Below, piece by piece: positions 1 to 9,389 of a DNA stretch of 64,000 nucleotides. The notes beneath the pieces are model-generated. The model was not told the origin of the DNA and did not search any database. It saw only the letters and a program-made list of their open reading frames with translations. The position numbers were made by a program, and so were the translations under genes. Source of the stretch: Chloroflexota bacterium. GTDB lineage: Bacteria; Chloroflexota; Anaerolineae; Anaerolineales; Villigracilaceae. The stretch's first letter is position 1. Each line of letters starts with the position of its first letter. Where the stretch lies: positions 17,552 through 81,551 of the forward strand of contig JACAET010000048.1 of assembly GCA_013388685.1 (NCBI GenBank), given 5' to 3'.

Positions 1-2
1 AC

Positions 3-557
3 CTGGTTGCCGATGCGCAGTTGTGGGCGACTTCCGCCAATGGTGCGCAAATTGCATTCATGAACCCGGGCGGCGTTCGCACCGATTTGAAATATGCCCA
101 ATCGGCAGGCGAGGGCGATGGGGTGGTGACTTTTGGTGAGGCATTTGCCTTCCAGCCGTTTGGCAACACCCTGATTACCTTCCCGATGACCGGCGCTCAA
201 ATTATTGACGTTCTCAAACAACAGTGCCAGCCGGCCGGCTCCAGCCGTCCCTTCCTGCATCTGGGTGTTTCGCAGGGATTCACCTACGACCTGGCGAAGA
301 CCATTGTATCCGGCACTTGCACCAGTGTTTCGATTACGAACGTGAAATTGAACGGCGTACCGCTCGACCTGAGTGCAACGTATATGGTCACGGTGAATAA
401 CTTCCTTGCCGACGGCGGCGATAACTTCACTGTGTTCCGCACCGTCACTGCGCCGCGTCTCGACGGCGGCAACGACCTGCAGGCGCTGATCAACTATATG
501 GGCGCATTCAGCCCGCTCTCGCCTCCAGGCACCGACCGCGTCAACGAAGTGCCATAG
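3..557 (+). CDS. Bifunctional metallophosphatase/5'-nucleotidase, C-terminal domain (5' partial, runs off the window start)
   Basis: Frame is open from nt 3 (LVADAQ...). Motifs IAFMNPGGVRTDL, FQPFGN and VTVNNFLADGGD match the 5'-nucleotidase C-terminal domain. Confidence 0.85.
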   Translation: MVADAQLWATSANGAQIAFMNPGGVRTDLKYAQSAGEGDGVVTFGEAFAFQPFGNTLITFPMTGAQIIDVLKQQCQPAGSSRPFLHLGVSQGFTYDLAKTIVSGTCTSVSITNVKLNGVPLDLSATYMVTVNNFLADGGDNFTVFRTVTAPRLDGGNDLQALINYMGAFSPLSPPGTDRVNEVP

Positions 558-572
558 TTCGACAAAGCCGGT

Positions 573-624
573 AAAAAAACCGCAGGACTGAACCCAGCCC
601 TGCGGTTTTTTTTTTTTTTTTTTT
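573..624. terminator. Bidirectional intrinsic terminator
   Basis: A7, then stem CCGCAGG (580-586) / CCTGCGG (599-605), then T19. It lies between convergent genes. Confidence 0.85.
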
Positions 625-643
625 CGATAGCGAAGAAAACTTT

Positions 644-1897
644 TCATCCCCACTTCAGGATGAAGATGCCCGCCAGCAGGCGCAGGAAGGCAAACAGCAG
701 GAGGGCAGGGATCACTCCGATCAGGCTTGCGATGGCGGGTCCGCCAAGGGAGCCGGTGAGAATGGCGGCGTTGAGGACGACGTTGTACCAAGCCAGATGT
801 GTGGGGCGGTCATCGGCGGGAATATGCTCGAGCATGTAGTTTGCAAACGCGCCGTTGACCATCGAAAAGGCAAACCCGCCGAACAGGGAGACGCCGTAGA
901 ACTGCCAGACTTCGTTGGATTGCGCCAGCAGAAAGGGATAAGCGGCAAGCCCAATGACACCCCAGCCGGTGACGTTTCTGTTGCCAATTTTATGGACGAT
1001 TTGTCTGAGCCGCGTCGAGCCGAGCAGGAAGGTGAGATAGAAAAGCGCGGTACCGATGCCGATATGGTCGTCGTTGAGATGGAGATCGTTGACGTAGTAG
1101 ATGGGAAAGAGGGGAATGGCGAGGTATTGTGCGAGATGAAATCCGCCGAGGGCAAGCAGGACTTTTTTGAAGGGGGTCAACCAGATGTCGAGGCGGAGCG
1201 TGGCGAAAATGTTTCGGGGAGGGAACGCTTCTTGAGGCGAAACCGGTTTCGGGGAGGAGGGAGGCGAAGGCGTGTCGCTTGGCAGGGGGCGAATGAAGTA
1301 CAGATGAAGGCTGCTCATTGCCGCGCCGAAGGCTCCGATCCCAAAGACGATTTGATAGCCGATGGGAAATTCGACGTTTTCGAGGATGGCGCCGCTGAGG
1401 AGGGACGATGCGATGAAGGTTACCGAGAGGGTTATGTTACGGATGCCTGCCACGTGGGCGCGAAAGCGGTCGGGTACGGCTTCGGCAAAAAGGGCGTTGA
1501 AGCCAACGCCAAGCGGCGTGAGAGGAATTGCCATGAGGAGGGTCAGGATGATAATGGCAACGACCTGTTGGCGTTCTTCGAGAAGCGATGGCAGGAAGAT
1601 GAAGATCATGAAGCCGATACGGTAGAAGACCGAGGTCCAAAAGATGGCGCGGCTGGTGTTTTGCGTTTGAAGCCAGCGTCCGGCGGGGATGGCAAGCAGC
1701 AGGTTGATCACAGCCGACATGGCGCCAATCAACCCGATTTGAAACCCGCTTGCGCCGATGCGCGCGGCGTAGATGTTCAGGAAATTGATGGCTGAACCGC
1801 TCAGTACACCGTACCAGCCGATGTCGAGGTAGAGGTGGGTGAAATTGGAACGATATTCGGGCGGAATATCCGATTGGCGGAAAAGTCTGGTGAACAT
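644..1897 (-). CDS. MFS transporter
   Basis: 417 aa with about 12 hydrophobic segments in two halves. TATAAT lies 10 nt upstream of the ATG. Confidence 0.85.
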   Translation of the reverse strand: MFTRLFRQSDIPPEYRSNFTHLYLDIGWYGVLSGSAINFLNIYAARIGASGFQIGLIGAMSAVINLLLAIPAGRWLQTQNTSRAIFWTSVFYRIGFMIFIFLPSLLEERQQVVAIIILTLLMAIPLTPLGVGFNALFAEAVPDRFRAHVAGIRNITLSVTFIASSLLSGAILENVEFPIGYQIVFGIGAFGAAMSSLHLYFIRPLPSDTPSPPSSPKPVSPQEAFPPRNIFATLRLDIWLTPFKKVLLALGGFHLAQYLAIPLFPIYYVNDLHLNDDHIGIGTALFYLTFLLGSTRLRQIVHKIGNRNVTGWGVIGLAAYPFLLAQSNEVWQFYGVSLFGGFAFSMVNGAFANYMLEHIPADDRPTHLAWYNVVLNAAILTGSLGGPAIASLIGVIPALLLFAFLRLLAGIFILKWG

Positions 1898-1988
1898 ATC
1901 GGGCAGGATTATATACCCGGCGGGAGTGTAGTTGTGCTGGCTGGCATTTTGCGTTCCTCAAGACGTTTGCCCCGCTTGTGTTGCGCGG

Positions 1989-4208
1989 TTATTTGCCCCG
2001 GATGGAAAGGTTCACCAGGTTGCCCAGCAAACCCACCGGCAGGCTGACGCCGAACGCCGTGATGGTGACCCGGGTGAGGGACCAGTCGTAGGGGTAAATG
2101 AAAAGAGGGGTCAGCTCAAGATTTGAGGCTGCAAAGTTGATATGAAGCCACCAGGTTCCCAGAATTGCGGCGAACACGGCGGCGCTGGTCAGTAAAACCT
2201 TGATGCGGTAGGAGCGCGCCAGCCCACCCACGGCTAGGGCAAGAGCGATGAGCATGCTCCCTGCGGTGATCAGAACTCCCTGGGGAGGCGTTTTTACGAA
2301 GACGATATGAAAGACGAGTAACGCCAGGTTGATGCCAACGGTTCCTGTAATCGTTCCCAGCCCGACGCGGGCCATTGCCCGGGAACCCTGAAAACGTTCC
2401 ACGAACATCCTGGGGGCGAGGATGCCCAAAGCGAAGACCGCTCCAATGATCACACCCTGTTCCAACGATGTGGTGATGCGGAGAACATCGAAGAAGTCGG
2501 GCCAGTTATAGGTGGTGTAGACCTGGATGCCCACGCCCAACGAAGACCCCAGAAGCGCCAGCGCATAAGCGCCCATCAGGCTGGCTGGCTGTTGAATCAA
2601 ATGTTGGATTGCCCATTCCAGCCTTAATTTGAAACGAATGCGGCGGTGTACCAATGCCGGTAAATTCCGCGCCGTCTGCTGAATCAAAAACAGGGCGTTC
2701 ATCTTTCTGTCTTCGTTATGGTGTTCCGTGATGATTTGTACGGCGGGAGTGGCGCGCAGGTGACCGATCAGTTCTGCGGCGGCATCGCCCGCCTCATTGT
2801 CTTCCAGCGCGAGACTGCCCAGGGCTTTGACCTGGCTGGCAGATAATTGCAGCGGATGATCGCTCCAGCGATGCGCCGGTCTGGTCAGTTCGCGAATGCC
2901 CTGCAATAGTTGGCGCTGCAGGAATAGGTTGCCGGTTTTGAGACTCATATCGAGCAGGGAGGCGAGAATGTTGGCAGGTACGCCGCTTGTAAAGGAGCGG
3001 ATTTCCATGTCGCTGATCAGGTGGTCGGCAATGCGGGCGGCGATGGCTTCATTATTCCGTTTGAGCAGGAGGGATGAGATTGCCAGTCTTTCGCCGGGGT
3101 CGCTGACGGCTGCCCACCAGCGATCGTCGTTGTACCCAAAAATCAACGCTTGCGAAAGAAGAAAGGAATTGTAGCGATCCAGGCGGGATGCGTGGACTCC
3201 CATATCAACCATGGCGAAGCGGGTCAAGCCCATGTTGTACATGCCCTCTGTGGCTTCCCACTGCGCCAGCGCCTGTACCAACAGGTCTTCCACGTTTGTC
3301 TTTATTTCAGCCGGGTCGTCAAGGCGCTCGTCGGTTTGCAGCGGAGCGTAGGGAATCTCGAGGATGAAATAGATTGCCTTCATCACCTCCTCTGCGGAGC
3401 GGGGTCGCAGGTCGGGGTTTACCGATGTGACGCGTCTCAAAACGTCCGCCATGCGCGGCGGAAGGTTGGGGTTGATTTCACAGGGGTCCGGGAGCACTGC
3501 TTTGGCATAGAGTTGTTCCATGCCGAGCTGCTTTTTTCCGTTCCATGGCAGTTGGCCCGTGAACATTTCAAAGAGTAGAATGCCAAAACTGAAAATATCG
3601 GACTTGAGGGTGATAGCTTTGAGGCTGTTTTGCTCAGGCGGCGCATAGGGCGGGGTGCCGTGCCCGGTATGGAATGCCAGGGTCGAAGTCGAGAGGACGC
3701 GTGCCAGTCCAAAATCGGCGAGATGACTGCGTCCTTTGGTGTCGAGCAGGATGTTGGACGATTTCAGATCGCGGTGGATCACGCCTTGGCTGTGGAGATA
3801 ATCCAAAGCGGAGGCGATTTCCATCCCCAGTTTCAACGCTTCATTCATGGAAAGGGGCTGTGATCTGATCTTTTGCGTTAATGTCCCCCCGGGCAGATAG
3901 GGGCTTATGGTAAACCGCAGGTTTTCGTGAAACCCGTACTCGTATACGGGCAGGATGTGCGCGTGGCGAAGTTTGACCAGTTTTTCCAGTTGATGTTCGT
4001 CGCGCAAATCGTCTGCCTGGGCTTCTTCCGTTTCGGGAATTTCATTGAATTTGATTGCGTAAATGCGGTCCCGATTTTGATTCAACGCGGACCAAACCAC
4101 CCCCTGCCCGCCGACGCCGATTTGCTCGAGCAGGGTATATTTGCCAAACGATGCCCCGGGTGTCAGGTTGGCAAGCGACTGGCTTGAGTGAACGGCTGCT
4201 GTCACCAT
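1989..4208 (-). CDS. Hanks-type Ser/Thr protein kinase with a helical middle region and a C-terminal multi-pass membrane domain
   Basis: Motifs IGVGGQGVV, AIK, HRDLKSSNILL, DFGLAR, YAPPE and DIFSFG. The last ~190 aa are strongly hydrophobic. ATG at 4208 is preferred over the TTG at 4247, which overlaps the upstream gene. Confidence 0.9.
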   Translation of the reverse strand: MVTAAVHSSQSLANLTPGASFGKYTLLEQIGVGGQGVVWSALNQNRDRIYAIKFNEIPETEEAQADDLRDEHQLEKLVKLRHAHILPVYEYGFHENLRFTISPYLPGGTLTQKIRSQPLSMNEALKLGMEIASALDYLHSQGVIHRDLKSSNILLDTKGRSHLADFGLARVLSTSTLAFHTGHGTPPYAPPEQNSLKAITLKSDIFSFGILLFEMFTGQLPWNGKKQLGMEQLYAKAVLPDPCEINPNLPPRMADVLRRVTSVNPDLRPRSAEEVMKAIYFILEIPYAPLQTDERLDDPAEIKTNVEDLLVQALAQWEATEGMYNMGLTRFAMVDMGVHASRLDRYNSFLLSQALIFGYNDDRWWAAVSDPGERLAISSLLLKRNNEAIAARIADHLISDMEIRSFTSGVPANILASLLDMSLKTGNLFLQRQLLQGIRELTRPAHRWSDHPLQLSASQVKALGSLALEDNEAGDAAAELIGHLRATPAVQIITEHHNEDRKMNALFLIQQTARNLPALVHRRIRFKLRLEWAIQHLIQQPASLMGAYALALLGSSLGVGIQVYTTYNWPDFFDVLRITTSLEQGVIIGAVFALGILAPRMFVERFQGSRAMARVGLGTITGTVGINLALLVFHIVFVKTPPQGVLITAGSMLIALALAVGGLARSYRIKVLLTSAAVFAAILGTWWLHINFAASNLELTPLFIYPYDWSLTRVTITAFGVSLPVGLLGNLVNLSIRGK

Positions 4209-4222
4209 GTTTGTGTCGGACG

Positions 4223-6118
4223 TTATTGGCTCCCGCTTACCTGACAACCGATATCGAAGGTGATGCGAATCTCGTAGCCGGTCGGTTGCAGGCTATCGCT
4301 AAATCGAATGATGAAACTTTCGGCTATGCCGTTGGGAATGGTACGGTCGGCGTCGGCTTTCCAATTCCCTTCATCTGGGATATCGCTGGGAGGATCGGTG
4401 TCCGAGATCTGCCAGATCGAAATGCCATCGAGGAAGATCTCATCCAATTTTTGAGAAGGCGGTGTCTTGATCCAGCCCACGAACAGGCGGGTAATCGTGA
4501 TTGTTCCTCCGCTGTTGTTGGAAATGTTCGTCTCCAGTTCGTTGGGGTTCGGGTTGGTGATGGCGCCCAAGAAAACATTCGAGCAGGCGGCTGGCGTGTT
4601 CGTGAAAGTAGGGGTGGGAGTAACCGGTGTGTTTGTGAAGGTTGGGGTGGGGGGAACGGGCGTATTCGTGAAGGTCGGAGTGGGAGTGATGGGGGTGTTG
4701 GTTCGGGTGGGCGTGTTGGTCCGGGTAGGGGGTGTGCCGGTGTGGGTTGGCGTATTGGTTTTTGTCGGGGTGCTCGTTCTAGTCGGTGTGCGCGTGAAAG
4801 TGGGTCTCGGCGAATGAGTCGAAGTGGGAAGCACCAGCAGGGTGTTGGTCGGCGGCACTGTGGAGGAGGGGGTGAAGGTCTTGGATGGCGTGAGGGTCAG
4901 GGTGGGGGTGGATGTAATCTGGCTCTCGATTTGGTTTTTTGCCTGCTCGGGGGAGACCGGAACAATTTCATTTGGCGAGCAAAATTGCCCGGTCATCGTG
5001 CATGCCATGTCGAGTTCCTGCTGGTTGAGCGGCTCCGGTTCGGACGGGGGGCTGATGGACTGGTTGCCGTTCTCGCCTCCCAGTTGCACTTTTGATTTTT
5101 GTCCGGCGCCGATGTATTTCTCCTGTCCGCTGGATACGATGCGCGCCGAACCTTTGTAAACGTTCACTTCCATTTCCCCGTTCCTGACCGCTTTGATGCT
5201 GGCGACTCCCATCAGGGTCAGTTCGCTTTCGTTAATGGTCAAGTGGATGCCGCTCCCGTCCGGCGAACTGATCATCAGCCCGTCGAAGGGGACTTTTTCG
5301 CAAACGATCTGCCCGAGTTCGCTGGAAAAGTAGAACGATTCCAGATTTTCGCTATCTCCGCTGACATTATCCAACGTGGCATTGCCAAACACCACCATGG
5401 TCACGGTCTCACCGGGCAGAGATCGTGGAAGATTGGCAATGAGTTTGAAGACCGCGATGCCCCATTCGTTGTTGACCAGGTTCAGAGGCGAGGCGGTCAG
5501 GCGGCTCAATTCCTTAACCGCGATGATGTCGCCGCGCTCCGAAAAGCGGTTTGTCGAATCCGGCGCCAGATCCGCCTTGATTGTGGTGTTCCCATAGCAG
5601 GCGTTGTTCGAACCGGTGTTGTCGCAATAATCGCCGGATGCCTGGATTGCCCTGTCAATGAGCGCCTGACAACTGGCGTTCTTTTCGGCAATGGCGGTTG
5701 CCGTCAGTCCGGAGAACGAAAAGGGGATGTAGCCTGACCGCAGAAGTGTAAAACCGGCGATTCCCACGCACACGATGGCTGTCAATGCGCCGAAAAATAA
5801 AAAGAACAGAAGGGTTTCCTGACGTTTTCTGCGTGAAATCCGTTTTGTATTGCCCCCCGAAGATCGAAGCGAAGCAAGCCGCCGTTTTGCCGTTTCGTGG
5901 TTGGGGTCAATGGCCAGAATGCGTTTCAGGCAGTGCGCCTCTTCCTCGGCGTTATAGACTGCGCGCAGGAGCAGTTCCCATGTGGCAAGGTGATTGCGGT
6001 CCATGTTGAGCGCTTCCCGCAATACTTTGCGCGCTTCCTTCTTTTGCCCCGCATTGAGGAACTCAGCCGCCGCCCGGAGTTTTGCATCCAGGGGATCGCC
6101 AAACTCGTTGAGGTTCAT
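4223..6118 (-). CDS. Single-pass membrane protein: TPR-like N-terminus, Cys-containing ectodomain, Thr/Pro stalk, C-terminal domain
   Basis: N-terminal TPR-like helices (EARKVLREALNMDRNH...CLKRILAIDPNH), TM segment LLFFLFFGALTAIVCVGIAGFTLL, and TPTPTFTNTP repeats. Confidence 0.75.
   Translation of the reverse strand: MNLNEFGDPLDAKLRAAAEFLNAGQKKEARKVLREALNMDRNHLATWELLLRAVYNAEEEAHCLKRILAIDPNHETAKRRLASLRSSGGNTKRISRRKRQETLLFFLFFGALTAIVCVGIAGFTLLRSGYIPFSFSGLTATAIAEKNASCQALIDRAIQASGDYCDNTGSNNACYGNTTIKADLAPDSTNRFSERGDIIAVKELSRLTASPLNLVNNEWGIAVFKLIANLPRSLPGETVTMVVFGNATLDNVSGDSENLESFYFSSELGQIVCEKVPFDGLMISSPDGSGIHLTINESELTLMGVASIKAVRNGEMEVNVYKGSARIVSSGQEKYIGAGQKSKVQLGGENGNQSISPPSEPEPLNQQELDMACTMTGQFCSPNEIVPVSPEQAKNQIESQITSTPTLTLTPSKTFTPSSTVPPTNTLLVLPTSTHSPRPTFTRTPTRTSTPTKTNTPTHTGTPPTRTNTPTRTNTPITPTPTFTNTPVPPTPTFTNTPVTPTPTFTNTPAACSNVFLGAITNPNPNELETNISNNSGGTITITRLFVGWIKTPPSQKLDEIFLDGISIWQISDTDPPSDIPDEGNWKADADRTIPNGIAESFIIRFSDSLQPTGYEIRITFDIGCQVSGSQ
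4594..4745 (-). repeat. Coding tandem repeats encoding a Thr/Pro-rich linker
   Basis: Three ~33-nt units encode PTPTFTNTP. Shorter PTRTNT units are adjacent. Confidence 0.75.
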
Positions 6119-6133
6119 TCTTCCAATGATAGC

Positions 6134-6685
6134 CTACTTATGCGGTTTTGTCTTTTGTTTTTTGGGGGAATGATACAGAATGAGAAGCCGCATACGCCCA
6201 AATTGCAGTTGCGATCCGCTTGCAAGCGGATAGGATTTGTGGGGAATCATACGTTGGTCGTTGAGCCACGACCCATTCGTGCTGGCAAGGTCTTGTATTT
6301 CGTAGCCGTTTTCGGTCCGGCGGATCATGGCATGCCGTCTCGAAATCCCCATCTGATATCCTCCCATTTCGGTAAGGTCGAGGAGTTTGCTGTCGGTTTG
6401 ATCGTCGCTTGCGCGCCCCAACACCAATTCCTGTTCAAAATGCAAATAGACGGGCTTGGAGGCGCCTGCGGCGTAAATGGCAATTCCGTCTTCGGGGATG
6501 AGTGCGTCGTTGATGGGCGCATTCACAATCTTTGCAGATGCCACGCCCGGCTTTTCGGCGTTTCGGGTGGTGGGTGGCATGCCTGCCTGGCTGTAATCCA
6601 GATTCGCGCCGCAGTGTATGCAGACAATCGCTTTTCGGTCATTTTTATTCTTGCAAACGGGGCAGAAAATTTCCTTGACTTCCAA
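6134..6685 (-). CDS. Zinc-ribbon plus FHA domain protein
   Basis: CPVC...CIHC ribbon; FHA motifs LGR, SRRHA and STNG. TTG start at 6685 has GGAGA 7 nt upstream. The longer ORF-track start runs into a repeat element. Confidence 0.85.
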   Translation of the reverse strand: MEVKEIFCPVCKNKNDRKAIVCIHCGANLDYSQAGMPPTTRNAEKPGVASAKIVNAPINDALIPEDGIAIYAAGASKPVYLHFEQELVLGRASDDQTDSKLLDLTEMGGYQMGISRRHAMIRRTENGYEIQDLASTNGSWLNDQRMIPHKSYPLASGSQLQFGRMRLLILYHSPKKQKTKPHK

Positions 6686-6732
6686 TTTTGTTTCTCCATT
6701 TGTTGTAAGGAAGAGGCATTGGCTGAGCAGCT

Positions 6733-6969
6733 GGTCGAACATCATTCGACGCGCAGGGGACGTTCTCCCCCGGCGTTTGCCCGCCCGGGTAAGTGTAACG
6801 TCCCCGTCGGTGCAAGAGAACGCCGACTGAGCCAATGGATTTCTAGTACTTGTCTCAAAATACCCTGTCACTCTGAGGAAGCGGTTGTTGCGACCGAAGA
6901 GTCTCTGGTTTTTGGCCGTAGAGACCTTTCGCTGCGCTCAGGGTGACATTTTTGAGATGACTTGTAAAA
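6733..6969. repeat. Composite palindromic dispersed repeat (REP/MITE-like), copy 1
   Basis: 6733-6767 matches 12666-12700 (3 mismatches in 35 nt). 6806-6969 matches 12786-12949 (10 substitutions and 2 indels in 164 nt, counted by eye). Contains the hairpin TGTCACTCTGAG...CTCAGGGTGACA. Confidence 0.85.
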
Positions 6970-7257
6970 ACATACGATTGAACACTCAAGTACGATGTTA
7001 CCATTAACCATTCCGTCATGGCACCATGGAACTAGACAAACGCATGACAATTTCATCGGTTTTCGGTTCGAAGCGGAACACGACGTTGTTTTACAACCCG
7101 GCGGGGTCCAAACCGGTACACTTACAAGATGAGAAGCAAAGAGTTTTGTTACAAAACCCGAACTTTTAAGGCTCTTCCGTTTCTGTCGGAAGGATTGACA
7201 GGCTCGCCTTTTTTTGCCGCTGATGATGCGGATTTTCACCGATAATTAATCCTGTGT

Positions 7258-8004
7258 TCACCCTCCGGCTTGATCGGTCCGCCGCTCTGCCATCTCCGCG
7301 AACCTGACCGAATAGGTCTCAATATCGAACAGCCAATAGCGCGCCGTGACCAGATGGCGATCCTCCACCACATGCGGGAGGAAGAGCCAGCCGCGTGAAT
7401 ACTGCTTCTTGGGGTCGCGCAGGGCGGCGCGCACCTCATCTTCGACATAAACGTCATAGGTTCTGAAGCGCCGCCCCAACAGCCAAAACGTGGAGGCGTA
7501 ACCGATCTGCTCCAGCGGTTTGGTCAGCGAGGTGATCTTGTAATCGTACAGTATGCTTTTGCCTGTGTCGGGATCGAGCGCCCGCGCCAGTACCAGCAAG
7601 CCGTGACAGATCGCGCCGATGGATTTTTCCTTTTTGAAAAACTGTACAACCTTGCCCTGCAAGACCCTGCTTTCCAAAAACTGCCTCATCCCAGGCGCGT
7701 GACCGCCCGTGAGCAGGAGCGCATCGTAGTCGTCCGCGTTGATCTCGTCATAACGAATCGGCTGTTGATATTCGGGCGCGGCAGTCATCCGTTTGTAGTC
7801 GCGCAGGCCCCTGGGTCCCGCACCGAGCGGACCGCGCACAAAGCCCATCAGCAGGCGGTGATCAGCTTCGGGGATGGCGCCGTTCTCGGTGGCAAAGGTG
7901 AAAGTCCAACCCCGCTCCATGCACACGCGCCATGGCGTGGCAGATTCGGTTGGGTCGAAGTCGGTCTCCGGCAGGGGGATGAGCACATGGGGTTTGCGGG
8001 ACAT
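7258..8004 (-). CDS. DJ-1/PfpI family (class I glutamine amidotransferase-like) protein
   Basis: Motifs DFDPTE, LLLTGGH and AICHG (nucleophile Cys). TATAAT lies 9 nt upstream of the ATG at 8004. Confidence 0.85.
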   Translation of the reverse strand: MSRKPHVLIPLPETDFDPTESATPWRVCMERGWTFTFATENGAIPEADHRLLMGFVRGPLGAGPRGLRDYKRMTAAPEYQQPIRYDEINADDYDALLLTGGHAPGMRQFLESRVLQGKVVQFFKKEKSIGAICHGLLVLARALDPDTGKSILYDYKITSLTKPLEQIGYASTFWLLGRRFRTYDVYVEDEVRAALRDPKKQYSRGWLFLPHVVEDRHLVTARYWLFDIETYSVRFAEMAERRTDQAGG

Positions 8005-8075
8005 GGTGGTCAAATTATATCCGCTCTGCTACAATTGCAACACCAATCGCCTCGCTCGGTGTTCTCTCACACAGC

Positions 8076-9296
8076 ATGGACTTCACCAACCCGCGGTACG
8101 AATCCCTGCGCGACCTCTTCCGAAACCAGCGGTTGCCCCTGGCTGTTGTGGACTTGGATTCGTTCGATGCCAATGTGGAGTACGCCGCCGCCCGGGCGGG
8201 GAAGTGGGGGAAGACTCTGCGCATCGGGACCAAATCTCTGCGCTGTTTGCCGTTAATGGAGCGGATCCTCGCTCACGCCTCATCCGCCTTCCGCGGCTTC
8301 CTGACCTTCACCGCCGAAGAGACTCTCTTCCTCGCCTCACGCGGACACGACGACTTCCTCCTTGCCTATCCCACCGTCCAGCCAGCGGACATGGAAATCC
8401 TGGCGGCGTTGACGAAGCAGGGAAAACAGGTTTCGGTAATGGTGGATTGCAAAGAGCACCTGGATGCCTTGCATAATACGGGGAAACGGCACGGACTCAC
8501 CTTCAGCGCCTGTCTCGAAATTGACATGGCATACCGCCCGTTCGGCACGGACGCGGTGCATCTCGGCTTGCGGCGCAGTCCCATCCGCACGCCCGGGCAA
8601 GCCGTCGAAATGGTGAAATACGCGCAGACCCTGCCGAATGTGCAAATCGATTCGATCATGGGTTACGAGGGTCACATTGCAGGAACGAACGACGACGTGC
8701 CGCATTGGGCGGTGAAGAACGCCGTCTATCGCGCGCTGAAAAAGGCATCGGTGAGGGAATTGTCGAAGAGGCGCGCGGCAATCGTCGGGGCGGTGCAAAG
8801 CGAGGGCGTCAACTTGCGTCTTGTCAACGGCGGCGGGAGCGGAAGTCTTGTTTCCACGCTTGCGGACGCTTCCGTCACCGAAGGGACAATCGGTTCGGGG
8901 TTATACGCGCCGGCGTTGTTCCATCACTTCAGGGATGTCAAGTTCCAGCCTGCGGCGTTTTTTGCCTTGCAGGTGGTGCGCAAACCGAAGGACGGCATGG
9001 TCACGTGCGCGGGCGGGGGGTATATCGCTTCGGGCACCATCGAAAAAAGTAAATTGCCATTGCCCGTGATGCCCGTCGGGTTGCAGTATGTGCATTTGGA
9101 AGGCGCGGGCGAAGTGCAAACGCCGCTGGTGCTGCCGCAGACTTGCCCGCCATTGGCATTGGGCGACCCTGTGTTTTTTCAACACGCCAAGGCGGGAGAG
9201 TTATGCGAGCGGTTCAACGAATTGATGTTGATTCAAGGAGGAAAAATTATCGGCGCAGTGAAGACGTATCGCGGAGAAGGTTTCGCGTTTTTATAA
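8076..9296 (+). CDS. Fold-type III PLP enzyme, DSD1/D-threonine aldolase-like (amino acid deaminase/aldolase family)
   Basis: VVDLDSFDAN, IGTKSLRC (PLP Lys), MGYEGH, NGGGSGS and FFQHAKAGELCERF. Confidence 0.8.
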   Translation: MDFTNPRYESLRDLFRNQRLPLAVVDLDSFDANVEYAAARAGKWGKTLRIGTKSLRCLPLMERILAHASSAFRGFLTFTAEETLFLASRGHDDFLLAYPTVQPADMEILAALTKQGKQVSVMVDCKEHLDALHNTGKRHGLTFSACLEIDMAYRPFGTDAVHLGLRRSPIRTPGQAVEMVKYAQTLPNVQIDSIMGYEGHIAGTNDDVPHWAVKNAVYRALKKASVRELSKRRAAIVGAVQSEGVNLRLVNGGGSGSLVSTLADASVTEGTIGSGLYAPALFHHFRDVKFQPAAFFALQVVRKPKDGMVTCAGGGYIASGTIEKSKLPLPVMPVGLQYVHLEGAGEVQTPLVLPQTCPPLALGDPVFFQHAKAGELCERFNELMLIQGGKIIGAVKTYRGEGFAFL

Positions 9297-9389
9297 AATT
9301 GACCACAGACGACGGGCGGCAGACCGTGAAGCGCGGTCAATGGTCGGCGGTTTGCTGTCGCTCAAAAACCAACCGGAGGAGAACTACCC

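Noticed and set aside
797-1795. Long antisense or alternate-frame ORFs (for example 797-1795, 4055-5095, 9384-11267, 24299-25522, 31850-33361, 57666-59021)
   Set aside because: They are shadows of well-supported genes in GC-rich, codon-biased DNA, with no motifs or RBS.
4594-4760. Regularly spaced repeats that might be a CRISPR array (also 51000-51300 and 10803-10851)
   Set aside because: They are degenerate in-frame Thr/Pro codon repeats or only two units, with no unique spacers and no cas genes.
7015-7040. Sigma54 promoter (TGGCAC at about 7019-7024)
   Set aside because: The -12 TTGC element is missing at the required spacing, and the orientation does not fit the nearby genes.
6686-7239. 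N-terminal extension of the FHA ORF and ORFs 6868-7239 and 12849-13055 (CHPERSE-like peptides)
   Set aside because: These are translations of the palindromic repeat, not proteins. The FHA gene has a good RBS and TTG at 6685.
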